Shown here: one piece after another, positions 1 through 10,214 of the stretch | Layout: each line of letters starts with the position of its first letter | Position numbering within the stretch: position 1 is the first letter of the stretch | NCBI GenBank assembly: GCA_049967475.1 | Contig: JBMFSQ010000007.1 | Coordinates: 79,237-143,236 of the forward strand | DNA from: Chthonomonadales bacterium | GTDB taxonomy: Bacteria; Armatimonadota; Chthonomonadetes; Chthonomonadales; CAJBBX01 | Direction: 5' to 3' | DNA length: 64,000 nucleotides | Made by a program: the position numbers and the translations under genes | The notes under the pieces: model-generated | The model's input: the letters and a program-made list of their open reading frames with translations, nothing else | Databases searched by the model: none | Told to the model about the DNA's origin: nothing

Positions 1-13
1 GAGAGCAAACGCA

Positions 14-1102
14 ATGAAGCGCGTTCGCGTTCGATTGGCGGCGCGGAGCTACGATATCCGGATTGGGCCGGGCATCCTCCGCCACATTGCCGCCGATGTT
101 TTGGAGGAGCTTCGACCATCGAGTGTGGTTCTCATCAGCCACCCAAAATTGGCGGACTGGTATGCCCGGCCCATTGCGGAAGGCTTTGGGACCCACGGCG
201 TGCGCACCTGCAATGTGACCGTGCCGCCCGGCGAACGACACAAGAACCTGCGGACGGTGGCCAGGCTCTATAAAGCCCTTGTGCAAGCAGGAGCGGATCG
301 GCAGACCCTCCTCGTTGTAGTGGGCGGCGGTGTCTTGGGCGACGTAGGCGGGTTTGTAGCGGCTACCTATATGCGATCCATTCCCTTCATCCAGGTACCC
401 ACGACCCTTCTGGCGCAGGTGGATGCGTCTATAGGCGGAAAGACGGGCGTGGATCTGGAGGAGGGGAAGAACCTGATCGGCGCTTTTTACCAGCCGCTGG
501 GGGTGTATGCGGACACGGACACCCTGGCCACCCTGCCTGCGCGCGAGCTCAGATGCGGCCTTGCCGAGGTGGTTAAGTATGGTATAATCAGCGACGAACG
601 CTTATTGGCATTTGTGGAGGCGCACGCCGGGCGGTTGCTTCGGCGCGATACATCGGCTTTGGCGCATGTGGTGCAGCGTTCGTGCGCCATCAAGGCCCGC
701 ATCGTAGCCGCAGATGAGACCGAACGCGGTCCGCGCGCCGTGCTGAATTTCGGGCACACGGTGGGGCATGCGCTAGAAGCGTGTACAGGGTACCGCCGGT
801 ACAGGCATGGGGAAGCAGTGGCCGCCGGAATGGTAGCGGCCGCGCGCGTGGGTGAACTGTTGGGAATTGGCCCTGCCGGCATCCGGGAACGCATTGTGCG
901 CGTGCTTCAGTCCCTCCGGCTGCCTACATCGCTTCCGGCAAATGTTGCAGCAGAGGACCTGTTGGCGGCCATGGCGCGGGACAAGAAGGCTGTAGGCGGG
1001 AAGTTGCGCATGGTGCTTCCCCGCGGAATCGGGGATGTAGTGATTGTGGACGGCGTGGATCCTGGCTGCGTGCGCAGGGCTTTGGCGGAGCTTCAGGAAT
1101 GA
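14..1102 (+). CDS. aroB: 3-dehydroquinate synthase
   Basis: Motifs GGGVLGDVGGF, PTTLLAQVDASIGGKTG, KNLIGAFYQP, LNFGHTVGHALE, HGEAVA, DKK. Confidence 0.97.
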   Translation: MKRVRVRLAARSYDIRIGPGILRHIAADVLEELRPSSVVLISHPKLADWYARPIAEGFGTHGVRTCNVTVPPGERHKNLRTVARLYKALVQAGADRQTLLVVVGGGVLGDVGGFVAATYMRSIPFIQVPTTLLAQVDASIGGKTGVDLEEGKNLIGAFYQPLGVYADTDTLATLPARELRCGLAEVVKYGIISDERLLAFVEAHAGRLLRRDTSALAHVVQRSCAIKARIVAADETERGPRAVLNFGHTVGHALEACTGYRRYRHGEAVAAGMVAAARVGELLGIGPAGIRERIVRVLQSLRLPTSLPANVAAEDLLAAMARDKKAVGGKLRMVLPRGIGDVVIVDGVDPGCVRRALAELQE

Positions 1103-1359
1103 GCCAGGGCGGCAACGTGGCCGGCTCGTGTGGACCTGCAGGCGGCGCGGCGCAATGCGCTGCTGATGCGCTGCGTATGGGGCTCGCATCGCTCTGGTTG
1201 GTGCTTCCAGCCATACAATACGCCGGTACTTTGGTGCGCGCCGGGCTGTTGGGGCAGCCGTCGCTTTCCCGGTTGGCAGACCTGGACCTCACTCCCTGGT
1301 ATTCGGCACTGCTGGCAGCTACCCTGCTCTTTGCACTGCTGGATCGCCGCGGCCGCTGA
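1099..1359 (+). CDS. small hypothetical membrane protein
   Basis: ATGA overlap with the aroB stop; two hydrophobic segments; fills the gap before the kinase. Confidence 0.5.
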   Translation: MSQGGNVAGSCGPAGGAAQCAADALRMGLASLWLVLPAIQYAGTLVRAGLLGQPSLSRLADLDLTPWYSALLAATLLFALLDRRGR

Positions 1360-1371
1360 CACCCACTCTTC

Positions 1372-3255
1372 ATGGCGCGGTTACAGGAGCGGCAAGGATT
1401 GATCAGTCGTCCGATCAATATGCGGTACGAAGTCCTGGAGCGTGTTGGGGAGGGCGCCTTTTTCCAGGTGTACAAGGCGCGCGACCGGACGACGGGCCGC
1501 GTTGTTGCGGTAAAGACCCTCCAACCTGCCTTCATTGCGGACCAGGCGTTTCGCAGCGCGCTTGTGGAGGCGGCAAAGAGCGTCCGCATCCTCGATCATG
1601 CCCAGATCGCGCGCGTGCTGGAGGTGGGTGAGGAGCGGGGAGCGCCCTACGTCGTAGTCGAGTTCGTGCGGGGCATCAACCTCAAACAGCGCATTGCCCG
1701 CATCGCCCCCTTTACGCTTTCCGTTGCGGTGGACTTCGCCATTGCCATCGGTGAGGCGCTCCAATACGCTCATGGACTGGGCATGGTTCATGGCGATCTG
1801 CGTCCCGAAAATGTCATCGTCAGCCCGGAGGGCGCTGTGAAGGTGACGGATTTCGGCATGGCGGCGGCGATGGCAGCCTCGCCTGCAGCCTTTGCCGTGA
1901 ACCTTCCACGGGCGGCTCCCTACCGGCCTCCGGAAGCGGTTGATGGAACCCCGCCGAGCCTATCGGGTGATCTCTACGCCTTGGGAGTGATCCTCTTTGA
2001 GATGATCACCGGGGCGTTGCCCTATGCAGGGGACACTCCCCAGGCGATTGCGGCGAGCGCAGCCCGGGATGTCGTTCCGTCGCCCCGGGCGCTCAACCCC
2101 GGTGTGCCGCGCTCCGTCGAGGGGATTGCCATGAAGGCCTTGCAGAAGCGGCCCGAAGATCGCTACATCCATGCAGCGGACTTCCTGAGCGACCTCAAGT
2201 CCGTTCGGGATGCTTTGCGGTTCGGCCGATCCCTCTCGTGGTCGCCATCAGGCGTGTCGGCGCCGCAAAGCGGCCCGGCGCCCCAAGCGCCGCAGGCGGA
2301 ATCCGCCAAGTTGCAACCCACCCAGGCACCGCGCCGCAGCGCAACAGGAGTATCAGCCATGGCCGGAAGCTCGGCACGGGATGAAGGTGTGTCTCCGCTG
2401 CTCAAGATCGCACTAGCCACCGTGGTCGTCATCATCATCACGGCAGTGGTTGCCGGTGTCGCCGCGTGGATGGCGATCATGACGAAGCCTCCAGAGCAGC
2501 GGGTTCCTAATTTGGTGGGCAAGAGGATCGAAGAGGTGCGCGCAATCGCCGAAAAGGCCAACGTGCGCCTTTTGGAACACGAAGAGTACAACGACCAATA
2601 CGACCCCGGCGTGGTATTCAAAGCCGATTGGGCTCCCGGCCGGCCCATTGCGCCTGGGCGCACCATCCCGGTATGGGTGAGCAAGGGATCGCGCATGGTG
2701 TGGGTCCCCAGCGTTCTTGGCAAGACGCCTCAGGATGCCGAGGACACCTTGAAGGCCCAGGGGCTCACTCTGGGGGAAGTAGACCGCCAATACAGTGACA
2801 CGTTCCCCTTTGGGGAGGTCATGGCGCAGAACCCAAGGGCCGGCAAACGGGTTCCGCGGGATCAGCCGGTGAACCTTACCATCAGCGACGGCCCCAAGCC
2901 CCAGGCTGAGACGCCTCCGTCGGACACGGGTTCACCGAATGAGGCGGCGCCCAGTACCCCGCCCTCTGAAGCCGCCCCTGGCGGGGAGGGGATTGGCGCG
3001 GGCAACCAGGTGAGCATTCAGCGCATCCGGGTGACGGTTCCTAGGGACGGCCACGGTTCGCGCAGGGTGCGCGTGGAATACGATGACGCCAACGGAACCC
3101 ACACACCCATTGATGAGCTCCACAATGAGGGCGATGTGGTATCCAAACGTGTGGAGGTGGCAGGACCCACGATGACGGTGCGCGTTTACTATAATGATGA
3201 TGTGAACCCTGCTGTAGAGCAGACGGTGCCGGTATCGCCGGGGGCGCAGCGATGA
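1372..3255 (+). CDS. pknB: Hanks-type Ser/Thr kinase with a TM helix and two PASTA domains (PknB/PrkC-like, atypical)
   Basis: VAVK, HGDLRPEN, DFG, DLYALGVILFEMITG; TM segment; PASTA repeats VPNLVGK and VPSVLGK; directly upstream of rpe. Start may be 1420. Confidence 0.88.
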   Translation: MARLQERQGLISRPINMRYEVLERVGEGAFFQVYKARDRTTGRVVAVKTLQPAFIADQAFRSALVEAAKSVRILDHAQIARVLEVGEERGAPYVVVEFVRGINLKQRIARIAPFTLSVAVDFAIAIGEALQYAHGLGMVHGDLRPENVIVSPEGAVKVTDFGMAAAMAASPAAFAVNLPRAAPYRPPEAVDGTPPSLSGDLYALGVILFEMITGALPYAGDTPQAIAASAARDVVPSPRALNPGVPRSVEGIAMKALQKRPEDRYIHAADFLSDLKSVRDALRFGRSLSWSPSGVSAPQSGPAPQAPQAESAKLQPTQAPRRSATGVSAMAGSSARDEGVSPLLKIALATVVVIIITAVVAGVAAWMAIMTKPPEQRVPNLVGKRIEEVRAIAEKANVRLLEHEEYNDQYDPGVVFKADWAPGRPIAPGRTIPVWVSKGSRMVWVPSVLGKTPQDAEDTLKAQGLTLGEVDRQYSDTFPFGEVMAQNPRAGKRVPRDQPVNLTISDGPKPQAETPPSDTGSPNEAAPSTPPSEAAPGGEGIGAGNQVSIQRIRVTVPRDGHGSRRVRVEYDDANGTHTPIDELHNEGDVVSKRVEVAGPTMTVRVYYNDDVNPAVEQTVPVSPGAQR

Positions 3256-3932
3256 ACGTACGCATCGCGCCTTCGCTGCTCTCTGCAGATTTTGGGGCGT
3301 TGGCCGAGGCAGCCCGCGTGTGCCACGATGCCGGTGCCGAGAGCCTCCACTTCGACGTGATGGACGGCCAATTCGTTCCCAACCTCACGTTCGGTGCCCA
3401 GGTTCTGGCTGCATTGCGGTCTGCGTCTCCTGCGCGCTTCGAGGCCCATTTGATGGTGGTTCAGCCGGAGCGCTTCATCGAAGCCTTTGTTGAAGCCGGG
3501 GCAGATGTGGTGACCGTCCAGGCAGAGGCATGCATCCATCTGCAGCGAATTCTGGCGCAGATACGGCAGGCGGGCGCTGCCGCAGGCGTAGCATTGAACC
3601 CTGCCACACCCCTGGATGTACTGGACTACCTATTGGACGATGTGGATCTCGTTCTGGTCATGACGGTGAACCCGGGTTTCGGCGGGCAGACTTTTTTGCC
3701 TGCCATGATGCGCAAGATCGAGCAGGCACGGCAGCTCCTGGATGCGTCCGGGAGGTGCATCGAGCTGGAAGTGGATGGAGGCGTGGAACCCGGCAATGCG
3801 GCCAGGGTAGTACGGGCGGGCGCCCACACATTGGTCGCGGGAACGAGCGTTTTCGGCCATCCCGGCGGGGCAGCGGCGGGCATTAGGGCCCTGCGCGAAG
3901 CGGCTGTGGGGGAAGGGATGAATGGCGCCTGA
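3252..3932 (+). CDS. rpe: ribulose-phosphate 3-epimerase
   Basis: IAPSLLSADF, HFDVMDGQFVPNLTFG, MTVNPGFGGQ, EVDGG. Confidence 0.97.
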   Translation: MNVRIAPSLLSADFGALAEAARVCHDAGAESLHFDVMDGQFVPNLTFGAQVLAALRSASPARFEAHLMVVQPERFIEAFVEAGADVVTVQAEACIHLQRILAQIRQAGAAAGVALNPATPLDVLDYLLDDVDLVLVMTVNPGFGGQTFLPAMMRKIEQARQLLDASGRCIELEVDGGVEPGNAARVVRAGAHTLVAGTSVFGHPGGAAAGIRALREAAVGEGMNGA

Positions 3933-4299
3933 TGCGCTGCCTCCCCAGGTTCGTTTCCGCCTGACGCCCCGTCAGCGGCGGCTGAGGTGGATTTCTGCGA
4001 TCATCCTCGTGGTAGTGGCAGGTATGATCGTGTTCGGTGCCACAAGCCCTCTCTTTCACCCGATCCATCCGGCCGTTCTCACTCCCCTGGTCCGCCGGCA
4101 GATCAAGGTGCGCATACTGTTCGTAGGCTTCTACTGGATTGTTTGCTCTCTGCTGGCGTCTTTGCTGTTCCTCTTGGCGTGGCTCGATATCCGGGAAGTC
4201 CAGCGGACGCTCTATGCAGCCAGAAAGGAAGTATGGCAGGATGCAGCGCGGCAGGCTCGGGAGCGCCTAGGGAGGCGGCGCGGCGATGGCCAAGGTTAG
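3922..4299 (+). CDS. hypothetical two-TM membrane protein
   Basis: Overlaps rpe and ribD; two hydrophobic helices and a basic tail. Confidence 0.7.
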   Translation: MAPDALPPQVRFRLTPRQRRLRWISAIILVVVAGMIVFGATSPLFHPIHPAVLTPLVRRQIKVRILFVGFYWIVCSLLASLLFLLAWLDIREVQRTLYAARKEVWQDAARQARERLGRRRGDGQG

Positions 4300-5422
4300 C
4301 AAGGAAGACGTGCGTTGGATGCGCCGGGCGCTGAGGCTGGCTGCCAAGGGCTTCACGCCGCCGAACCCTATGGTGGGCTGTGTTTTGGTTCGAGACGGCG
4401 TAGTGGTGGGGGAGGGGTATCACCGCTGCGCAGGAGAGGATCACGCGGAAGTAGCAGCTTTGAAGGCAGCGGCCGGCAAGGCGAGAGGCGCCACCGCCTA
4501 CGTGACGCTCGAACCTTGTGCTCATCACGGACGGACACCTCCGTGCACGCAGGCCCTCGCGGCGGCCGGTGTGGCCCGTGTCGTTGCGGCTGTGGAGGAT
4601 CCCAACCCGTTGGTGCGCGGGAGGGGATTGCGGGAACTGGCCGCTGCGGGGATCGAGGTGCAGGTGTCCGTTCTGGAGGCTGAGGCTCGGAGCCTCAATG
4701 CCGCCTTCTTCCATTACCATGCCACAGGGATGCCCTATGTGTCGCTCAAGTGCGCCATGACGCTGGACGGGAAGATTGCCACGCGCACCGGCGACAGCCG
4801 GTGGATTACAGGGCCCAAGGCGCGCGCCTATGCCCATGCGCTTCGTGCGCGAAGTGGAGCCGTGCTCTGCGGCATCGGTACCGTTTTGGCGGATGATCCT
4901 TTGCTCACAGCCCGCATCCCTGGTGTTCCGCGACAGCCCGTGCGCATCGTATTGGATGCGCATCTGCGCATTCCGCTGGGTTCGCATCTAGTTCGGAGTA
5001 TCGGCGACGCGCCCCTCTGGGTGGCGACGGCCGTTCCATCCGATGACGACCGGGCCCGGAGGCTGGCACAAATAGGCGTTGAGATTTTGGTGCTTCCTGC
5101 CGATAAAGAAGGGAAGCTATTCCTCCCTGCTCTGCTGGAGGAGCTCGGCCGGCGCGGCATCATCAGTGTGTTGGTGGAAGGGGGCGGTCAGGTGCATGCC
5201 AGTTTTTTGGAGGCGCAGGCTGCACACCGCATCCATTGGTTCGTGGCTCCGCGCCTGGTAGGGGGCGCGGATGCGCCTTCCCCTGTGGAGGGCGTAGGCG
5301 TGGACCGCATGTCCGCTGCCACGTCCGTGACGGGTCTCTCGGTCCGGCGGATCGGGAAGGATCTGCTCCTCGAGGGAGAGCTTCAGTACGGCGGATCGGC
5401 GGCGCCATGCGACGCATCCTAG
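4286..5422 (+). CDS. ribD: bifunctional riboflavin deaminase/reductase
   Basis: PNPMVGCV, HAE, TLEPCAHHGRTPPC, LDGKIAT, VEGG. Confidence 0.97.
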   Translation: MAKVSKEDVRWMRRALRLAAKGFTPPNPMVGCVLVRDGVVVGEGYHRCAGEDHAEVAALKAAAGKARGATAYVTLEPCAHHGRTPPCTQALAAAGVARVVAAVEDPNPLVRGRGLRELAAAGIEVQVSVLEAEARSLNAAFFHYHATGMPYVSLKCAMTLDGKIATRTGDSRWITGPKARAYAHALRARSGAVLCGIGTVLADDPLLTARIPGVPRQPVRIVLDAHLRIPLGSHLVRSIGDAPLWVATAVPSDDDRARRLAQIGVEILVLPADKEGKLFLPALLEELGRRGIISVLVEGGGQVHASFLEAQAAHRIHWFVAPRLVGGADAPSPVEGVGVDRMSAATSVTGLSVRRIGKDLLLEGELQYGGSAAPCDAS

Positions 5423-6012
5423 CATCTACGCTAACATTGTGTTTGGTCATGCTGGCAGCGGGTTACTCTGCCGAACTGTTTACGGGCGAAGTCCGCTATG
5501 AAGAGGGCTGCATCCTTTGTCGGGCCATCCGCGTCACAGGCAGACGCTACGGAGTGAGCTACACCCGGGTAGAAGAGAACGCCATGACGCAATGGTACCG
5601 CCAGCATGTAGATCCGCTCCACGGCCTCGATCCTCAGCATCCCCATATCTGGCGTCAGAGTGCCTGCACTGTTGTGAAGAACCGCGGCTGGGGTGTAGCG
5701 GACTACAATTGTGCGTGGGTGTCGCCCATCTTCCTTCTGCGCCCGGAGATCGAACTCGCCGTTCTTGGGGATATCCCCGACGCCGACACGCAACTGGCAC
5801 TGATCCACTCACTCGGCACGAACCATCGTAAGGCGGCCGCTGAGCGAACGCGCCTGCTCATCGAATACTACTACATCTACCGGGGGCACACGCCGTGGCG
5901 CGTTTGGTGGCGGGAGCACGCCCACGCCTTCGGATTGGCGCCCGCGCCGGCTGCGCGACCTACCTCCATGCACCGGACCCATCCCTACCCCGACCCATTC
6001 CTCCCCAACTGA
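5407..6012 (+). CDS. hypothetical exported protein with CxxC and further Cys/His
   Basis: ATG at 5407 gives an N-terminal hydrophobic signal ([16 protein letters not shown]); overlaps the ribD end. Confidence 0.65.
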   Translation: MRRILASTLTLCLVMLAAGYSAELFTGEVRYEEGCILCRAIRVTGRRYGVSYTRVEENAMTQWYRQHVDPLHGLDPQHPHIWRQSACTVVKNRGWGVADYNCAWVSPIFLLRPEIELAVLGDIPDADTQLALIHSLGTNHRKAAAERTRLLIEYYYIYRGHTPWRVWWREHAHAFGLAPAPAARPTSMHRTHPYPDPFLPN

Positions 6013-6137
6013 TCCCAACTCGTGCGATTGCGTTCCCTGCACCTTCCGCGCCTGCATCGGCTACAATAGAGGCAGCCGTGCCTCACGTGATGGCCCGCGC
6101 GGCACAACGGGCAGCATGCCTCGAGGTGGAGGGAGCC

Positions 6138-6563
6138 ATGGAGAGGATCATCAAAACGGATGCGGAGTGGCGCAATCTCCTTACCGCAGAACAGTATTAC
6201 GTTTTGCGCGAAGGAGGTACGGAACGGCCTTTTACCGGCAAGTACTGGAGCCTCAACGAGGAGGGCGACTATACGTGTGCCGGATGCGGCCAGGTCCTTT
6301 TCCATAGCGATGCTAAGTTTGACGCCGGTTGCGGATGGCCCAGCTTTTACGAAGTCGCAGAGGCGGGGAGCATTGAGACGCGGGATGATTTCAGCTTCGG
6401 AATGCATCGCATCGAAGTGGTGTGCAGCCGCTGCGGGGGCCATTTGGGTCATGTTTTTCCGGACGGGCCGCAGCCGACCGGGCTGAGATACTGCATCAAT
6501 TCAGCCAGCCTCAATTTCGTTACACGGGCTGGAGATCGGGGTAATGCGGCTTCGGAGCGCTGA
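6138..6563 (+). CDS. msrB: peptide-methionine (R)-S-oxide reductase
   Basis: [55 protein letters not shown] before ATG 6138. Confidence 0.97.
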   Translation: MERIIKTDAEWRNLLTAEQYYVLREGGTERPFTGKYWSLNEEGDYTCAGCGQVLFHSDAKFDAGCGWPSFYEVAEAGSIETRDDFSFGMHRIEVVCSRCGGHLGHVFPDGPQPTGLRYCINSASLNFVTRAGDRGNAASER

Positions 6564-6575
6564 AGCCTGCTACGC

Positions 6576-6974
6576 CTATAACTGGAAATAGAGGTGCAAG
6601 TGGCCCAAACATCCAGGGTTAAAGGCTGCGGCGCAAATCGGACACCGTGACGGCGCGGAAAGATACTCATCGAGGCTCATCATCGTTCCGCATACTCCGC
6701 AGAGCAGCACGGGTTCCGTTGAGGCGGTTTGCCGGGGCCACAGCGCAATAGGATGATCGGCCAAGGCATCGTGACAGAGCCGGCAGGCATAGAAGGCATT
6801 GCAGCAGAAGAAGCGGACGGCAACAACGTCGCGAGGGCTGTGGAAGTGCACGCAGCGGGTGTCACACTGAACACCTACTCCGTACACGTTTTGTCCGTTG
6901 AGGGTGCAGATGGACTGCGCTCGGTTTTTCATGGGACGGGTTGCTTCGATGAAGGCTTGGACGTTTTTCAGCAT
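6576..6974 (-). CDS. CHY zinc-finger protein
   Basis: TRCVHFHS...FFCCNAFYACRLCHD...CGVC...CPICAAAFNPGC matches the bacterial CHY/Hot13-like pattern; start uncertain. Confidence 0.85.
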   Translation of the reverse strand: MLKNVQAFIEATRPMKNRAQSICTLNGQNVYGVGVQCDTRCVHFHSPRDVVAVRFFCCNAFYACRLCHDALADHPIALWPRQTASTEPVLLCGVCGTMMSLDEYLSAPSRCPICAAAFNPGCLGHLHLYFQL

Positions 6975-7722
6975 GCCTCGGCTGGCTGTTATACCGGTGC
7001 GCCGGGCCGCAACCGGTGGAATGGCGCTGGCATTCCTACTTGGAAGTCAACGGATCGCTCCCACTTATGCGATGCAAGGCGCAGATGAAGGTCGGCGGCC
7101 CCCGGGCGCGCTGGTTCTCTTCGACGGGCGAGACGCACGCGAATGGGTGCACCTGCGCACCGGCAAACCCGTGCAATGGTTGTTGGAGGACGGCGCACTG
7201 GTTGTTCAGCCCAGAACCGGAGATATCGTCACAATAAGGCGCTTCCGGGATTTCCGGCTGCATCTGGAATTCCAGCTTCCCAGTCCTGGGCCAGACGACC
7301 CGGAACACGGCAACAGCGGCGTGATTTTGCACAACTTATACGAGGTTCAGATCATCAATTCCTTTGGTCGGGACCGTCCCGGCAGCGGGGACTGCGGCGC
7401 CATCTACCGCCAGGCAGCTCCTGAGGTGAATGCCTGCAAGGCGCCCGGCGAATGGCAGTCGCTGGACGTGGTGTTTCGGGCGCCTCGTTTCGATGCTGCC
7501 GGGAAGATGCTCCAGCCGGCCTGCGTTACGGTGTGGCTCAACGGCTCCGAAATCCACCGCGATCGCGCTCTTCTTGGTCCCACAGGGAGCCGAAAGGGTT
7601 TGCCCATCACGGCGGTGGGTCCCGTGGTGCTGCAAGATCACCGGTCCCGCGTGCGCTTTCGGAACATCTGGGTCGTTCCGTTACGCCGAGCAGATCCAGC
7701 CGGCGCTAAGCTGAGAGATTGA
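6898..7722 (+). CDS. DUF1080 (3-keto-disaccharide hydrolase-like) protein
   Basis: LFDG, F.DF.LHLEF, GNSGV, YEVQI, LQDH...VRFRNIW; true start probably later (~6973-7021). Confidence 0.88.
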   Translation: MRVQMDCARFFMGRVASMKAWTFFSMPRLAVIPVRRAATGGMALAFLLGSQRIAPTYAMQGADEGRRPPGALVLFDGRDAREWVHLRTGKPVQWLLEDGALVVQPRTGDIVTIRRFRDFRLHLEFQLPSPGPDDPEHGNSGVILHNLYEVQIINSFGRDRPGSGDCGAIYRQAAPEVNACKAPGEWQSLDVVFRAPRFDAAGKMLQPACVTVWLNGSEIHRDRALLGPTGSRKGLPITAVGPVVLQDHRSRVRFRNIWVVPLRRADPAGAKLRD

Positions 7723-7819
7723 GCGCCCCGGCCCGGGCGAGATGGTTCGGGTACAATGAATTTTGAGGGGGCAGGCCCAGCGTCGTTGGGGCACAGTGTC
7801 TCGATTAGGGATGCATGGG

Positions 7820-8479
7820 ATGTTTACCGGCATCATTCAGGAAGTGGGAACGGTGGCACGGTTTGTGCGGCGCGGGAGCTCGGCGGAGGTAGCCGTAGCG
7901 GCTCCTGGTGCTGCCCGAGGCGCAGAGGTGGGTGACAGCATTGCCGTCAACGGCGTATGCCTTACGGTGCGGCAACGGGAAGGCCCTGTGTTGGTATTCG
8001 ACGCCGTGGCAGAAACCCTCAATCGCAGCAACCTGAAGCGTCTTCGAGCAGGAGAGAAGGTCAATATTGAGCAGGCGCTGAGGGTGGGCGATGCAGTGGG
8101 AGGCCACTTTGTGCAGGGGCATGTGGATGGAGTGGCCGAGATCCTGTCCATCAAGGAGGATGGGAACGCCCGTATCCTGGAGGTTTCGGCGCCACGGGAA
8201 CTTGCTCGGTATTTGGCTCCTAAGGGTTCCGTAGCACTGGATGGGATCAGCCTCACGATAGCTGCCACCGCCGATGGAGCATTCAGGGTATGGATCGTCC
8301 CGCACACCTGGGAGGCCACGAACCTTCGGTATCGCACGCCGGGAGCGGAACTCAACGTGGAAGTGGACATAGTAGCACGCTATCTGGAGCGCCTCGTTGC
8401 GGATCGGGCGCCCCGCGGCGTTACCATGGATCAGTTGCTGGCTGCGGGGTTTCTGGATGCAGGGGAAGCCGCGTTATGA
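7820..8479 (+). CDS. ribE: riboflavin synthase (alpha chain)
   Basis: Diagnostic N-terminus [41 protein letters not shown]. Confidence 0.97.
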   Translation: MFTGIIQEVGTVARFVRRGSSAEVAVAAPGAARGAEVGDSIAVNGVCLTVRQREGPVLVFDAVAETLNRSNLKRLRAGEKVNIEQALRVGDAVGGHFVQGHVDGVAEILSIKEDGNARILEVSAPRELARYLAPKGSVALDGISLTIAATADGAFRVWIVPHTWEATNLRYRTPGAELNVEVDIVARYLERLVADRAPRGVTMDQLLAAGFLDAGEAAL

Positions 8480-9702
8480 GCTTCAGCACCATCGAGGAGG
8501 CCATCGAGGATATCCGCCAAGGCAAGATCATCATCGTTGTAGATGATGAAGACCGCGAGAACGAGGGCGATTTCATCATGGCCGCGGAGAAGTGCACGCC
8601 TGAGGCCATGAACTTCATCATCAAGTACGGGCGGGGCATCCCGTGCGTGCCGACTACGGCCAAACGCTTGGCAGAGCTGCAGATCCCGATGATGGTGGAC
8701 CACAACACGGCACGGCTAGGCACAGCTATGACCGTTACGGTGGACGCACGCCACGGGACGACCACCGGAATTTCTGCCTACGACCGGGCGCGCACCGTAC
8801 GGGTCTTCGTGGATCCCAACGCCACCCCCGCCGACCTCATGCGGCCGGGGCACATTATCCCCTTGAGAGCGGAGGAGGGGGGAGTGCTGAAGCGGGCAGG
8901 GCACACGGAGGCTACGGTAGATCTGATGCGTTTGGCCGGGCTGTACCCCGCCGGAGTGTTGTGCGAAATTGTGGCGGATGACGGTTCCATGGCGCGGCTG
9001 CCTCAACTGGAGGAACTTGCGCAGCGCTTCCACCTCAAGATTATCACGATTGCCGACCTCATCAAGTACCGGCGCCGCACCGAGCGGCTGGTGAACAGGG
9101 TGGCCACCACCGTAATCCCCACGGCCTCCTACGGAAGCCTCACCGTGCATGCCTACGAGCCCACCATAGACACCAGTCCTGCCATCGCCATTGTTAAGGG
9201 TGACGTGTCCACCGGGGAGCCCACACTGGTGCGCGTCCATTCTTCCTGTGTCACCGGAGATCTTTTGGGGTCGCTGCGGTGTGACTGCGGCGATCAGCTC
9301 CACATGGCGCTGCGCAAAATTACCGAAGAAGGGCGGGGCGCGGTAATCTATCTGGAGCAGGAGGGCCGCGGCATAGGCCTCGTGAACAAGGTCAAGGCCT
9401 ATGCCTTACAGGATCAAGGTGCGGACACGGTCGAGGCGAATTTGGAACTGGGCTTCAAACCGGATCTGCGCGATTACGGCATCGGCGCGCAGATTATGGT
9501 GGATCTGGGCTTGCGGAAGATCCGCCTGATGACCAACAATCCCTCCAAGGTAGCCGGTATCGAAGGGTATGGCCTGGAGATTGTAGAGTGGGTTCCTCTT
9601 AGGGTGGAGCCCAACGAACACAACCGACGCTATCTGGAGACGAAGCGGATCAAGCTGGGCCATATATTTCCGGACACGGACCTGCCGCCCGAGAATGAAT
9701 GA
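8476..9702 (+). CDS. ribBA: bifunctional DHBP synthase / GTP cyclohydrolase II
   Basis: [44 protein letters not shown]. Confidence 0.97.
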   Translation: MSFSTIEEAIEDIRQGKIIIVVDDEDRENEGDFIMAAEKCTPEAMNFIIKYGRGIPCVPTTAKRLAELQIPMMVDHNTARLGTAMTVTVDARHGTTTGISAYDRARTVRVFVDPNATPADLMRPGHIIPLRAEEGGVLKRAGHTEATVDLMRLAGLYPAGVLCEIVADDGSMARLPQLEELAQRFHLKIITIADLIKYRRRTERLVNRVATTVIPTASYGSLTVHAYEPTIDTSPAIAIVKGDVSTGEPTLVRVHSSCVTGDLLGSLRCDCGDQLHMALRKITEEGRGAVIYLEQEGRGIGLVNKVKAYALQDQGADTVEANLELGFKPDLRDYGIGAQIMVDLGLRKIRLMTNNPSKVAGIEGYGLEIVEWVPLRVEPNEHNRRYLETKRIKLGHIFPDTDLPPENE

Positions 9703-9737
9703 GGGTGGCGGCGCCGTGTCTTCATGGGGACGAAGCG

Positions 9738-10205
9738 ATGGGCAGAATGTACGAGGGGCGGTTGATCGCTTCCGGCCTGCGGTTTGGGCTGGTCGTGTCA
9801 CGGTGGAATTCCTTCATCACCGAGCGGATGTTGGCTGGAGCCATGGACGCGCTGGTGCGCCACGGCGCTTCGGAAGAGGATGCGGATGTGGTTCGAGTGC
9901 CCGGCACGTGGGAGATCCCCGTTGCCGCAGCCCGTATGGCGCAAAGCGGAAGGTATCAGGCCGTGGTCTGCATCGGCTGTTTGATACGCGGGGAGACGCC
10001 GCACTTTGACTATCTGGCTGCGGAAGTGACCAAAGGCATTGCCCAGGTCGCTCTTCAGAGCGGGATCCCCGTGACCTACGGCATCATAACCGTTGAGAAC
10101 CTGGAGCAAGCCATAGACCGAGCCGGCGCCAAGGCCGGGAACAAGGGGGCAGAAGCTGCCATGGCGGCCATCGAGATGGCGGATCTGCTGAGGAACATGG
10201 AGTAG
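9738..10205 (+). CDS. ribH: 6,7-dimethyl-8-ribityllumazine synthase
   Basis: VSRWNSFIT, VPGTWEIP, IRGETPHFDY, GNKGAEAA. Confidence 0.97.
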   Translation: MGRMYEGRLIASGLRFGLVVSRWNSFITERMLAGAMDALVRHGASEEDADVVRVPGTWEIPVAAARMAQSGRYQAVVCIGCLIRGETPHFDYLAAEVTKGIAQVALQSGIPVTYGIITVENLEQAIDRAGAKAGNKGAEAAMAAIEMADLLRNME

Positions 10206-10214
10206 TACCGAACC

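Noticed and set aside
7723..7819. FMN riboswitch upstream of ribE
   Set aside because: The space is under 100 bp and lacks the conserved aptamer sequences
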